From Chrysemys picta bellii (taxonomy: Eukaryota), in assembly GCF_011386835.1 (NCBI RefSeq), contig NC_088804.1, positions 25,172,001-25,236,000 of the forward strand: a DNA stretch of 64,000 nucleotides, given 5' to 3'. The translations under genes and the position numbers were made by a program. The notes under the pieces were generated by a model that was not told where the DNA came from, searched no databases, and saw nothing but the letters and a program-made list of their open reading frames with translations. Below are positions 37,869-50,326 of the stretch, piece after piece. Numbering within the stretch: the first letter of the stretch is position 1; each line of letters begins with the position of its first letter.

Positions 37869-38990
37869 GTGAGTTATGTTAAATACCATTATACACATCT
37901 TGAAGTATATACATGTAGGACATTTCAGATAAGTCACAGGGGTCATATGCCAACCATATGACTAATTTATTTCTCAATTTCAAAATTTAAATGCTTTTCA
38001 TTCTGATTAAATGGCTACACACATAATGTAAGTAAATTGAAATTGATGGTTTGTATTCTGCTTTACTCAGACATCTGAAATGCTGCTTAATTGATATAAT
38101 CATCAAAGATTTTCTGTAAAAAGATCATGATTGAGAGAATATAGTCGAAACAAACTACTGAGCCACCTCATGGACTGAATGCTTGCTATTATCCACCTGG
38201 TATTAGTTAATGGTTGTAAGGCACTCTGAAAATGTAAAGCACTATATACAGTATAAGGATATATACTATTATTGTTAAGCATATTGAATGAGAGAGAGGA
38301 TGTCACTGTGTATCTTTAGTCAGTACCTCCAGGAGTAAAGTTTCTGCATGGTTCAATCAACATTTTCCAATAATGTGATATTTCAGAAAAACATCTTTAT
38401 GGTATTTTGTGAGATACAGTAGAAGAGCACTATGACTCCTCTGTATAAAATGGTTGATATTTTAATACTTTTGTAATAACTGTGTCCTGGACTAAATAAT
38501 CTCTGAAGCTTAGATGTTAATTTGCCTGTGATATTGCTATTGCAGAGTTAAAGAAAACACCATCAACTTGTTATATTGAAATGGCATCTCGCTTCTTTGC
38601 TGTGCTTGGCTACTACAAATCTTTGTGCCTTGATTGGCTGTTTCTCTCAGAACTTCCCATCTTTATACCCATAACAAACATGGCCTTTTAAAGTACTGAC
38701 CCCTCTTCATCTTGTGATCCCGTCTAAACCCAGTCTTCTCAGTTCGGTGACTTCAATCCTAAACTACACACTTTGGGGGGGAAAAATTCTGGGAGTGAAA
38801 ACATCAAATGTGGTAGCACCAAGTAGTTTGCGGTTCATTCTGTTCAAAGCTAATCTGATAGGGAGATCATTACAAGAAAGTTTTCTTGATATTTTCCCAC
38901 TATCTCTGCCCCATGTTAGAAGAATATGCTCTACTTTGGAGTCAAGGAAATAGATTTACTGCAGGAAAGGTTTTGGAGAAGCTCCTAGTG

Positions 38991-39692
38991 CAGGGGTGGG
39001 CAAACGTTTTGGCCCAAGGGCCACATCTGGGTGGGGAAATTGCTTGCAGGGCCACAAATGTAGGGCTGGTGCAGGGGGTTGGGGTGCGAGAAGGAGTGCA
39101 GTGTGCAGGAAGGGGCTCGGGGCAAGGTGTTGGAGCAGAGGAGGGGTGCGGGGTGTACGAGGGGGCTCGGGGAAGGGGGTTGGGGTGCACACTGTGGGAG
39201 GGGGCTCAGGGCAGTGGTGCAGGGAGGGGTGCGGAGTGCTGGAGGGGGCTCAGGGCAGGGAGTTGGGGTGCAGGAGGAGTTCGGGGTGCGGGCTCCGGCC
39301 TGGTGCCGCTTACCTGGAGTGGCTCTGGGGTGGCAGCTGCGCACACCGGGGCCAGGGCCAGGCCAGACAGGCCCTGGCCCTGCGCTGCTCCCGGCACCAT
39401 GTTCCTGCAGCCCTGGGGAGGGGGGCCAGAGGGCTCCGCGTGATGCCCTTGCATGTGGGTACCTCCCCTGAAGCACCCATTGGCTGCAGTTCCCTGTTCC
39501 CAGCCAATGGGAGCTTCGGGGGAGATACCCACAGGCAAGGGCAGTGAGCGGAGCCCTCTGCCCCCCCTCCCCTAGGGGTTGCAGGGACGTGGTGCTAGCC
39601 GCTTCCTGGAGTGGTGCAGGGTCCGTGGCGCCATGGGGGTGGCAATCCCGCGGGCCGGATTTGGCCCGCGGGCCATAGTTTGCCCACCTCTG
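38991..39692. mobile_element. GC-rich hAT MITE
   Basis: TIR caggggtgggcaaac / gtttgcccacctctg; perfect TSD tcctagtg. Confidence 0.88.
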
Positions 39693-40119
39693 TCCTAGTG
39701 AATGAAGTGTATTTTATCCACTGGTTCTCAACTGCAGCAAGTACTAAACTTACCAGTAAAATAAAAGCTATAGTAATGAGTAAATGTAGTTGTTTTTCTA
39801 GCCAAAGCTTAGTAATTTTAAAAATAACTTTTTGCTATTTTAACTTTTTAAAAATAAAATGTCTCATCAAATTTCATGTCATCAGCATTTTCTTTTACTT
39901 TGTAAGCTCTGTTGTATTTTTGATAACTGAATTTTATGCCTATGTTTATACTCATTAAAAAAATCCAGGGACTTTCATTACCTTGCTAGAGCATAACTAA
40001 TACCAGTGGATTATTTAAATTCTGTTAACAGTCTGACTCAAGTCTGGATGAGGCTTGTTCTGTTAGTCTGTATAGAAAAAACCCAGAGAAATAATATGGC
40101 ATCTAATTTTGTATTTTAG

Positions 40120-40202
40120 CATCTCTTGTAGTGTCTGGAGCATATGACAAAACTATAGCTCTGTGGGATGCAGGAGCAGGATATAAAAAGCTAGCGTTAA
40201 AG
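40120..40202 (+). CDS. WDR88: WDR88 exon 8 (SLVVSGAYDKTIALWDAGAGYKKLALK)
   Basis: splice sites; WD motif. Confidence 0.92.
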
Positions 40203-40260
40203 GTACTAAATTCCTATTTGCTCACTAGTTTAGTGAGAAGCTATTAAATGTACAGCTAGT

Positions 40261-40304
40261 AATTTGTTAGTCTCTAAGGTGCCACAAGTACTCCTGTTCT
40301 TTTT
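40261..40304. mobile_element. short Penelope-like-derived fragment
   Basis: aatttgttagtctctaaggtgccacaagtactcctgttc matches the right arm at 23550-23590. Confidence 0.75.
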
Positions 40305-40387
40305 ATAAGTATTGTGTATCTCTTTACATTAACTGATGTGTGTGTCTTTTTCTCTCTCTTCCCCCCACCCTAACCCTCATAGACATA

Positions 40388-40683
40388 GGCCTAGTCTTCA
40401 CTTACCGGCTGGTCCGGCGGCACGCCATCGATGTTCTGGGATCGGTTTATCGCGTCTGGTTAAGACACGATAAATCGATCCCGGATCGATCCCGGAAGTG
40501 CTCACAGTCGGCGCCGGTACTCCAGCTCGCCGAGAGGAGTACGCGGCGTCGACGGGGGGAGACTTCCGGCCGCGTCTGGACCGTGGTAAGTCCGGACTAA
40601 GGTACTTCGAATTCAGCTACGTTATTAACGTAGCTGAATTTGCGTACCTTAGTCCGAAGTCCGGACTAAGTGGGGACCAGCCC
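40388..40683. mobile_element. PIF/Harbinger-type MITE, CpG-rich, with internal palindrome
   Basis: TIR ggcctagtcttcactta / taagtggggaccagccc; 3-bp TSD ata. Confidence 0.75.
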
Positions 40684-42490
40684 ATAGACAAGAATCTGTC
40701 ATGTACTGCATGTGACTTTAATTTCCTGGAGACAATATATTCTTTTATAATTACCGACTATTTTCTTTGTCAGGTGTGTTATTAACATACTACTAGATTT
40801 CTATCTGACTGCATCAGCTGTGTTAGTAACTGCATTGTCTAGAACAGCATATTTACCTTGGAAGATCATGACTTTTCCCCAGTAAGAGACTGGTCAGTGT
40901 GTGTATAAATTTAAAAATGCTATACCCCTTTGTATGTATGTATCCATATAATATAATGGTCTACATTAAAAAAATGCTAAGGTCACAAAGGAGATGCACT
41001 CAAAAGTCCGAAAATGCTAAAGTTAAGGTTGTCCATTCAACTTTAACTCTGCCCCCACGTTCATATGTATTATAATACATCTTTAGTTACAGGTACATGC
41101 TCAACCACCCTCTTATTCAGTGTTCGGGATAGATGGTGCTTCGTAAATGAGGCAGCTCCCAGCTGTCTGATATTTACTTTATCCTCATCACTCAGTGTTA
41201 GAACCTTGTTCCTCATTCACTACACACAGTATGACTGCCTCATACCTGAGGCAACAAGGTGGTACCTCTGTGGAGGAAGCACATTATGATACATGGGAGC
41301 TAGTTAGTTTAGGACTTTATGGTACAAATTTTCAAAGGCCCTCCAAAATGTGCCATTAAAATTTGATGATTGACTTGAAATGATCAGATGTTAACTGTGG
41401 ACATGATGGATTGTACCTTTAAGAGTACAGCTCTTAATTTCATGCTCTGACATGATGTCCTTAATCCAGTTTTGGTGACATTAAGATTGATCTGCTGCCA
41501 TGTGCTGTACATTGACTGCCAAAGAAACAAACTCATTGCTTGTAGCAAGTGCAGAATATAGTAGCTGCACAGTTACTGTGGGAGGGCAGAGAGATTCAGG
41601 GTATCTGTTGCTCTGGTCACTGCAGTTTGCTGGCTGGCTGGTGCAAGAACTGAGTTTAAGGTTTTATTTTGAATGGTTAGCTGTATCATTTGCAAAAGGC
41701 TCAGAGATAGTGACTGAAACTTATAGGTGCCCTCCTTGTACTCGGGTTCCCATTTTAGAACTGTAAATGAGAAAAGATCAGTATTATAAATCTGAATAAA
41801 ATTCTGAAGACAAAAAACATCAGTGAACTATCTTCATTGCTGAAAAAGACATTTAGCTAAAACATTTATCTTCAGAATTTTGTTTCTTCCGTCCTACTCT
41901 TTGTTCATCTCACTTGGAACTGACTCTTTGGTTTTAAAGAACTCACTCTGAACCCAGAATCTAACATAAGAATTATCATTGTTGCAAGTGACTGTGTGTG
42001 GAAGAGAGCTTGAGAGCACTGATTATCATCGCCACAAAGACTGCTTTTGATATGGAAGTTACTGTTATGATCTAGAATATGATTCAATAAGTCAGTCACT
42101 TCCAATGTTATTTAGGTATCTGATATTAGTGTCTGATGTATGTAGGTTTTAAAACCTTTCAGTAGAACCTAGCAATGAATTTAGAGATATTAGTGGTGTT
42201 GACAGTAAGTCTATTTTTTTGTACCTCTGGCATACTTATAATCCCATCTTTTCAAATTTGTGTGTGCAAGATGTGCTTGTATTATTTACACATGCAGGTA
42301 CTATGACTGTATGCACAATAATAGTAATTTTACATCCAATTTTGTAAAGTTTGGCCATAATATGCATAAAGTTGGGCCATAATATTTGTTTGATGGAGGT
42401 TGGGTAAAAATTCATTGAAGCTGGTGGGTGTGATAGCTGCCATTCATAGGATAAATCTAAGGAGCAGTTAAGCTCCTTTTTGGAGTAAGA

Positions 42491-42687
42491 TACACCTCTA
42501 CCCCGATATAACGCGACCCGATATAACACGAATTCGGATATAACGCGGTAAAGCAGTGCTCCGGGTTGGGGGGGAGGGGCTGCGCACTCTGGCGGATCAA
42601 AGCAAGTTGGATATAACACGGTTTCACCTATAACACGGTAAGATTTTTTGGCTCCCGAGGACAGCATTATATCAGGGTAGAGGTGTA
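42491..42687. mobile_element. Tc1/mariner (Tigger-like) MITE
   Basis: TIR cacctctaccccgatataa / ttatatcagggtagaggtg flanked by TA. Confidence 0.82.
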
Positions 42688-43964
42688 GTTGAAACAATAG
42701 GAGCACCACCCCCAAAACACAGGTCAAATGCAAGGCTAGTCAGGAACTGAGCTATGTGGGAGGAGGGTATGGGGAGAAGGGTGGGTCTCTGGATATTGTT
42801 TGATGTAGATGTGCACATCTGTGGGCAGAAGCAGCCAGAGAAAAGCAGCCAAAAAGCCAAGCAAACAGCAAGAGAAGCCCTGGAAATGTTGCTGGGAAAG
42901 AAAGCAAGGAGAGGAAGTTTATTGGGTAGAGTGCAAGCTGAAAAGAAGCTTTGAACTCTGAGCAAAGAAACTGCCTCCTGTTGTTTGATACCCACTGTGT
43001 TCAGGGAAACAAGGACTTTGTGAACATGCTTTGTAAATGAAACCGATTGCATCAAAGAAATACATGACTCTAAAATGGCAAATTTGCCCTATATCCTATT
43101 AAATACGTCTTTGCCTTTCTCCTTGTATGTTAGAAAATATTAGTTTCTTTTTGATAAATGTTAATGCATACTTTTCATATGTGAAGTTTGTCAATCAAAA
43201 TGAAAAACATCCTTTTTGGAACTCAAGGAGTTTTCTCATTAATTCTATTAATTTTTAATAAATTCATGGTGTGGGTTACTTCATTTTTGTTTTTAGCTTG
43301 ATTCTCTTCTTGTGGTAGCAGACCTAATGGTGCTCTCTCAAATCTCCATGCATGCTCAGTGATCAGCTGTGCAGCAGCAAGCAGGACCAATCCACCCAAT
43401 GCAACTGCCTGCCTTCTGAATCATCTCCCTTCCCTTGAAGTGGGGAAAGGCTGGTGGCTGCCCTCAAAGCTCTCCCCCTTGCCATCTGACCCACATCTTC
43501 AAACTGCTCTACATTATGTGCACTAGAAAACAACTCTCTCCCTGTCTTCTTCCCTCCCTCTCTCCCTCTCTCTCTATATATATTTAGCTAAATTATTTAA
43601 AAATGTAGAAAGGAAAACACACAAACAAATAATCTCACACACACACACACAAGGAGGACTGGAACCAAAAATAACTACCACACTATCTGCCAGCACTGCA
43701 TCAACCAGAACTACAATTCTAACTGAGATGCTGCTGTTACACAAATCCTGGATAGAGGATCAGGCTGTGTCAAGTATGTGCAGACAAAGATTAACCTGAT
43801 AGCAGCTGTTCTTCTGACCAGGGACGAGTGAGCATGCACAGAGATTTTGCTTACTGTAGGAAGGGCTGCCAGAGTGGATTTGTGGGGAAGACAGCTATTT
43901 CCTTTATTATAAAAGTAATAAAGTTCTTACTTTTGGTCTACAGTTACAATTTGTTTTGCTCCAG

Positions 43965-44033
43965 GGCCATGGAGACTGGGTGATGGATGTTGCAATTAGC
44001 AACAACAAGAAATGGATCCTTTCTTCCTCAAAG
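43965..44033 (+). CDS. WDR88: WDR88 exon 9 (GHGDWVMDVAISNNKKWILSSSK)
   Basis: near identity to the recalled human peptide; splice sites. Confidence 0.95.
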
Positions 44034-44217
44034 GTAACAAACTAACTTACAGATGTGGTATAGGAAGCTAATTTGGTCACAGATTTCACTATGTATTTCA
44101 ATATTTATTTTAGAAAAATTATAATTTTGTGTAACAGTTGACTCAGACAGTCTTTCATTTGTAGTTTTATGATTAGTTGAAAAGCAATTACAGAAAATAT
44201 TAAAAAGAATTTTATAT

Positions 44218-44900
44218 TGTGATAGACCCAGACCAGTTGGGAACAGCAGAGTAGCAGAAGGGAGATATACTGGCCACTGGATAAGTAGTTTTCTGTTCCC
44301 TGAGTGACCAGAGCAGGGGCTGCGCCAGGCTAATAGACCACCTGACTCCAATTAATCTGCTAAGAGTCAGGTGAGGCAGTTAAGCACCTGACTCTAATTA
44401 AGGCCCCTCTGATGCTATAAAAGGGCTCACTCCAGTCAAGCCAGGGGGAGCCAGAGGAGAGGAAGAGTGTGCGAGGAACTGGGAGCAAGAGGTGTACAAG
44501 AAGCTGAGAGTGAGTAGGCGTATTGCTGGAGGATGGAGAAATACAAGTGTTATCAGACATCAGGAGGAAGGTCCGGTGGTGAGGACAAAGCAGGTGGTGG
44601 GAGGAGGCCATGGGGAAGTAGCCCAGGGAGTTGTAGGTGTCGTGCAACTGTACCAGGAGGCACTCTAAACAGCTGCAGTCCACAGGGCCCTGGGCTGGAA
44701 CCCGGAGTAGAGGGCGGGCCCGGGTTCCCCCCATATCTCCCAACTCCTGATCAAACACAGGAGGAATTGACTTGGACTATAGCTTCTACCAGAGGGGAAG
44801 GTCTCTGGACTGTTTCCTGACCCACAGGGTGAATCTGTGAAGGGAGCAAATCCACCAATAAGCGCAGGACCCACCAAGGTAGAGGAGGAACTTTGTCACA
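44218..44900. mobile_element. solo LTR (Gypsy-like)
   Basis: TGTGATA...TGTCACA termini; 4-bp TSD atat; TATA-like ctataaaa. Confidence 0.82.
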
Positions 44901-45184
44901 ATATGTAGGTGTACATGTTTGATGTGACCAATAAACTCAGTTTCTAAGATTACTAAATATTTGTGGTAAGTAAAACAATTTTTTGTTTTCAAAGTAATGA
45001 CAGTTTTAAAAATAATGCCCATCTCTTATCCAAGAAATTTTCCTCTTATAAGTAGAGTTATTTGCGCTTTGTGCAACTGATGAGGCCTTTATCCATTGGA
45101 CAAATACTGTACTGGAGCTTGCTGTGGTGCTTGACCAGTGATAACATGTAAATACATTTCCTAATTGTAGTTTCTGATTTTTAG

Positions 45185-45277
45185 GATGCTACTTTGAGAT
45201 TATGGAACATTGAAAAGGCTAATCATGTTCCTGCGGCAATAGAAAGCAGAAATACAAGAGGCTCAAAAATAGCTCAA
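45185..45277 (+). CDS. WDR88: WDR88 exon 10 (DATLRLWNIEKANHVP...KIAQ)
   Basis: splice sites; phase 0-0. Confidence 0.92.
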
Positions 45278-46218
45278 GTAAGCACTATGTGGTGTTACGG
45301 CTGATGGGTCTGTCCTTTTAGTCTCTAAGTTACACCTCACTCTGTTCAAAATCAAAATATGAATGGTTGAAGAGACATTGTCAACAAGATTGCTGGGTTC
45401 AAAAATTGATTTACCTTATTTTTCTCTCTTCGCAAAATTTATGTAATTTATTTATATGTGAGTTGGGGAGGGAGAAGAGGGAATTTCAAAACAAATGCAT
45501 CAATGCTTTTCTTTCTTTTTTTTAAAAAGTATTTGGTAAGGATGCAGAAGTCCATGTACAGATGCCGTATTTTTAGAAACAATAGCAAACCAAATAAAAC
45601 ATTTTTAAAATAAAAAAATCCTTTGGCTTCCAAACCTGATGCTTAGTAGTATGATTGGCTGCATACAACACTGCTGGCCTCAGGCAGTGGTATTCATGCA
45701 CTCATGGACATTTTTGGCTCCCCAGTAAACATAAAAAATATTGAGTTTACCAAAGAAGGAAGAGAAAAGGTATGAAATCACTACCAGATGTTAAGAGGAG
45801 GGGGGAAAAGAGAAATGTTGATGACAATTCAGTTTTAATTCCAATTAAACAATTTGTTCTAAACCATGTGAGATTGGGAAAGGGAAACCATCTTTATTTG
45901 TTTTGTAAAACTCATCACACCTCCAGTACTGTATAAACTAAAATAATAATAAATTTGCTAAGGCAATATCACAAACTACAAAAATATACTAGTAAATTTA
46001 GGAAAGCTTCCTGCACAATGACTGGATGGGCCTGATTTTCAAGAGTATAGAGCACCCACTGCTCCATTTGAAGCTAATAAGAGCTGCAAGTACTCAGCAC
46101 CTCTGAAAAGCAGGGCTGCATATTTATAGTTGAGCATCAGTGGTAAAATGATTCATGTCTGGCACATATGATTAACTAACATCATTTTTGTTGTTTTTTA
46201 ATGTTATATTTACATCAG

Positions 46219-46356
46219 TGTGAAGAATGTGAAAAACCTTTCTCACTCCTACAGTGTGATGACTCTGAAGTGGTCACCAAGTGTGTATTCTGTCGACTGG
46301 CTTCTCCTTCGAGAAATATTTTGCCATTACCACCTATTGTAGCACCTGATCTCTAA
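46219..46356 (+). CDS. WDR88: WDR88 exon 11, terminal (CEECEKPF...KCVFCRL...PDL*)
   Basis: acceptor catcag|; TAA at 46354-46356. Confidence 0.9.
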   Translation, partial: CEECEKPFSLLQCDDSEVVTKCVFCRLASPSRNILPLPPIVAPDL

Positions 46357-46625
46357 ATTCTTCCCAACAGACTATTTGTGCAAATACATTTGAGTTTTTA
46401 AGCATATGCCTATACATAATTGTGATTATCAGTATATTATATTGCATGTACATACAGAGGCAAGGACTTCCTCCATACTTCTGTGCCATACAGTGACATC
46501 TATGTTAAAAAAAAAAAATCTGCTGATTCATTGTACACCTGTGCAATATACATACTGAGTTTCACAGTGTAACAGATGACCGGATCAAGTCCTAAGATTT
46601 TAAATCTATTCATATTGTACAAGAA

Positions 46626-46669
46626 AATAAAATTATATCCATCCCGTTTAAGTACGCACACTTAATAAA
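46626..46669 (+). promoter_or_regulatory. candidate WDR88 polyadenylation signals (AATAAA at 46626 and 46664)
   Basis: hexamers about 270-310 nt after the stop codon. Confidence 0.5.
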
Positions 46670-47924
46670 GGTTGTTGTAACAAAGAAAATATGTGACTAT
46701 GTAACTTGCTGACAGTTGTCCTTAAATTGTGTAATATAAAGCCACCTTCTTCTACTCTGGAGTGGAGTATACTGGAAATATGAAAAACATTTGCATAAAT
46801 TGAAAATGCTAAAGGGTTTTGAAATTTGAATGTGGAGAGGGCATTTGGACCATGAAGTTTGTATTATCTTGCTTCTAACATCCCCCTACAAAATGTTTCT
46901 CGGAACTTTCAATCACAGATATACATTATTATTTGTGTTTGACATGATATATGGCAAACTAGTCCTGTATATTCAGGACCCAATCCTGCAAAGTGCTGTG
47001 CACTCTCAATTCCAGCACCATTCAAGATTGGTCCCTAAAAGTCTATACCTCTTCACTAGCTATGTGAGGATGTCAATTAATGTGAGATTAGTGTTTCAAG
47101 ATGTGGGGGCCTCATTCATCAAAAACATGTTTCAGCAGATTATATTATTTTAAAAGGGATTTATAAGGAGAAAAATATATTGTACCAGTCTGGAATGTAG
47201 TTAAGCTATAAAATAAATCAAAATCTATTATGGGTCTTTCTTTTTTAAGCCATGTGAATTGTGTAGCCTTGGTAGCTACAGTTGCACTTGACTCCAAGGT
47301 GAAAAGAAAATGATTTTTTAAGATATAGTATGTTTTACTGCTTTGAATAAAACATGAGGTCAAGTTGTAACATATCCTAAGACACTGTTCTCTTTATTAA
47401 ATGTTGTTGGTTTACAGTAAAAAGTTGGAAAAAATGCAGTTTGTATGGTGCTGGAATTATTTTTGCAGAATACATAAAATGTGCCTGTCTTACTGTTGGA
47501 GTAATTACCCTTAAATATGAATAAGAATAATGAACTAATTTCTGCATGTTTGAAAATAATCTGTTTAATTAAATAATATTCTTATAATATTTGATTGGGA
47601 TTGTCCTTTATTTGCTCTTCCTGTCCCATTTAGCTGAAAAATCAAACCTCTAAGATTTTCCATTGAGGGAGCAAAGCCAATTACTCTCTAGAGGGTTTTT
47701 GTGCATAAATAGTGTGACATTCAGAGACAAATAGGTGGAAACTTTCTTTTGAAAGGGTCTTTTATTTCCCAAATTAAGAAAGACAAATCAAACTGATACT
47801 TTGCTGTAGCAAACATAAGACATATTAAATCAGTTTGTATTTTAATGCTTATTTAACAGAATCAATTTGATAGATCAAGACAAAGAAGAGAGAGAACAGG
47901 AACTTTGACAACTCTATCATAGAC

Positions 47925-48354
47925 CAGTGGTTCTCAACCAGGCATCCGGAGCTCCCTGGGGGGCCGCAAGCAGGTTTCAGGGGGTCCACCAAGCAGGGCC
48001 AAAATTTAAACTTGCTAGGGCCCAAGGCAGAAAGCCGAAGCCCCACTGCATGGGGCTGAAGCCGAAGCCTGAGAAATGTAGCTTTGCAGGGGTCCCTGTG
48101 CCATGGGGTCCTGGGCATTTACTCTGCTTGCTACCCCCTGATGCTGGCCGTGGCTTTTATATGCAGAAAAACAGTTGTAACACAGCTGGGCAGTGAACAT
48201 AAGACCATCAGAACAGCCATACTGAGTCAGACCAAAGGTCCATCTAGACCAGTATCCTGTCTTCGGACAGTGGCCAATGCCAGGTGCCCCACTGGAGTTT
48301 TTATAGTATGGTGGGGGAGGGAGTTTCAGATTAGAAAAAGGTTGAGAACCCCTA
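47925..48354. mobile_element. hAT MITE
   Basis: TIR cagtggttctcaacc / ggttgagaaccccta; TSD tcatagac/tcacagac. Confidence 0.8.
48196..48291 (-). mobile_element. CR1 LINE 3'-end fragment nested in a hAT MITE
   Basis: aacataaga...gccatactgagtcagaccaaaggtccatctag...gacagtggccaatgccagg resembles the reptile CR1 3' UTR in reverse (recalled). Confidence 0.65.
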
Positions 48355-48426
48355 TCACAGACCATTCAAACCAGTTTAGTGCTTGGGAATATATAGGTTA
48401 TTTTTGGCCTGATTTATTAGATAGGG

Positions 48427-49066
48427 CAGGAGTGGCCAACCTGAGCTTAAGAAGGAGCCAGAATTTAACAATGTACATTGCCAAAGAGCCACAGTAATAG
48501 TCAGGTTTCAGAGTAGCAGCCGTGTTAGTCTGTATCCGCAAAAAGAACAGGAGTACTTGTGGCACCTTAGAGACTAACACATTTATTTGAGCATAAGCTT
48601 TCGTGGACTACAGCCCACTTCTATGCATCTGAAGAAGTGGGCTGTAGTCCACGAAATCTTATGCTCTAATAAATTTGTTAGTCTCTAGGGTGCCACAAGT
48701 ACTCCTGTTTTTTTTAGTAATAGTCAGCAGCCTCCCATCAGCTCCCTCGCCCACTCCCAGTGCCTCCCACCCAATGGCAGCCCTACTGATCAGCACCTTC
48801 CCCTCCCTCCCTGCACCTCCCGGTCAGCTATTTTCCGGTGTGCTTGAGGCTCTGGGGTGGGGGGAGGGCATAGCAAGCTCAGGGGAAGGGGTGGAGTGGG
48901 GGCAGGGCCTGTGGCAGAGCCAGGGGTTGAGCAGTGAGCGCCCCTTGGCCCATTGGAATGTTGGCGTCTGTAGCTCCAGCCCCAGAGTCTGTGCCTATAC
49001 AAGGAGCCGCATATTAACTTCTGAAGAGCCACATGTGGCTCCAGAGCCACAGGTTGGCCACCCCTG
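48427..49066. mobile_element. hAT MITE hosting a Penelope-like insert
   Basis: TIR caggagtggccaacctg / caggttggccacccctg; TSD agataggg. Confidence 0.85.
48502..48715. mobile_element. Penelope-like-derived palindromic insert with hammerhead-like core at 48629-48666
   Basis: inverted arms around 48622-48629; TSD agtaatagtcag; CUGAAGA-A-GUGGG/UCCAC-GAAA-UC uuau GC-UC. Confidence 0.8.
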
Positions 49067-49991
49067 AGATAGGGCATTCAAGAGTTACATAACAAACTTG
49101 TTTGATGAATAAAGCCTCAAGAACTACCCAAAACTATGTGCTCTGTCCCTCTTAAGCTACTAGCACCATCTGCACTGCTGCCTGCCTTCCTATGTTTTTG
49201 CACTTCTCTGCAGGTAATGATGTCTGCTCTTATGGGTCTGCTATAGGAGAAGAAAAGGCATACTGACAGCCATGATTTGGTTCTAAGTATGGCCCATGGA
49301 TTCCTGGTAAATTGGCAAAGTGATCCCTGGCTTTACTGTTGAGGAAACTGTAATTATACCCCAATTTTGTAATCAGATCCATAAGGGGAGGACCTTTACA
49401 CCCCTCCAGATCTGATTGCAGGAGTGGAGCCACAGATACATTAGCTGTTATTTCTATTTTTAAAGTAATCACTTTGCTTGGCATAGCTCAAAACAGAGTG
49501 TTTGCCCCCAAGAAGCTAACAGTGTAAAGTCTTAGCTCTCTGAGAGAGGAATTCCCACTGATGTCTGTGGACATTCTGCATGTGGAGGGCTTATCAGACT
49601 TAGATCTAAATTAGAAAAAAATCATTTAAATTATATAAATTTGTGTATAATGTGTGATCTTTTCAGTCATTAGGATAGTGTGTGTATATAAAAATCACAA
49701 TATACATATACCCACAAATACATAATCAGTGGTATTATGACTTACTACAAATGTCTAAAACAAAATTAAATGAAAATGTTAGGGTCCTGATTCTCTACAG
49801 AGATCTGCTAGCATGGACTCTGTGCCATTGGGACTCCGTATGAATGTGTACTTAGGAAGTTTTGGAACTTAAGCATGTATAATTGTACATGCCTAAATAA
49901 GTTTGCCCTGGCAATTTTAACATGTATTGTGCCAATGCTAAAGTGTATGCACGTGCACACACTCTCGTGCATCTCAATGAGTTGCATGTAT

Positions 49992-50252
49992 GGGCAGGTC
50001 TACACTGCAGCGGGGATTGATGCTCTGAGATCGATCCACCAGCGGTTGATTTAGCGGGTCTAGTAAAGACCCTCCAAATCGACTGCAGATCACTCTTCAG
50101 TCGACCCCTATACTCTACACCCGATGAGAAGAGTAAGGTAAGTTGACGGGAGAGACCCCTCGCGATGTAGACCCTGTGGTAACTTGACCTAAGGTATGTC
50201 GACTGGAGTTGCATAGCATAGGTCGACTTACTGCGGTAGTGTAGACATAGCC
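49992..50252. mobile_element. PIF/Harbinger-type MITE
   Basis: TIR ggcaggtctacact / agtgtagacatagcc; TSD tat. Confidence 0.8.
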
Positions 50253-50326
50253 TATGTCTGCGACCTGCCAACCTGCTATTCTGACTCTGGCGCCGTAGCT
50301 ATGCTACCATATCCGCGTAGCATAGA

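Larger units (their letters stand above)
17335..46356 (+). other. WDR88: WDR88 gene span (11 coding exons, about 402 aa, WD40 repeat protein)
   Basis: all exon phases join with GT-AG introns; peptide closely follows recalled human WDR88 (DPLAL..., GHNDWVMDVAISNNKKWILS, C-terminal CxxC...CVFC). Confidence 0.93.

Noticed and set aside
38886-39547. Overlapping 130-185 aa ORFs
   Set aside because: They fall inside hAT MITE 38991-39692, which has a perfect TSD.
49214-49306. 93-nt segment bounded by acceptor-like and donor-like sites
   Set aside because: Stops in all three frames; a non-coding exon cannot be supported without transcript data.
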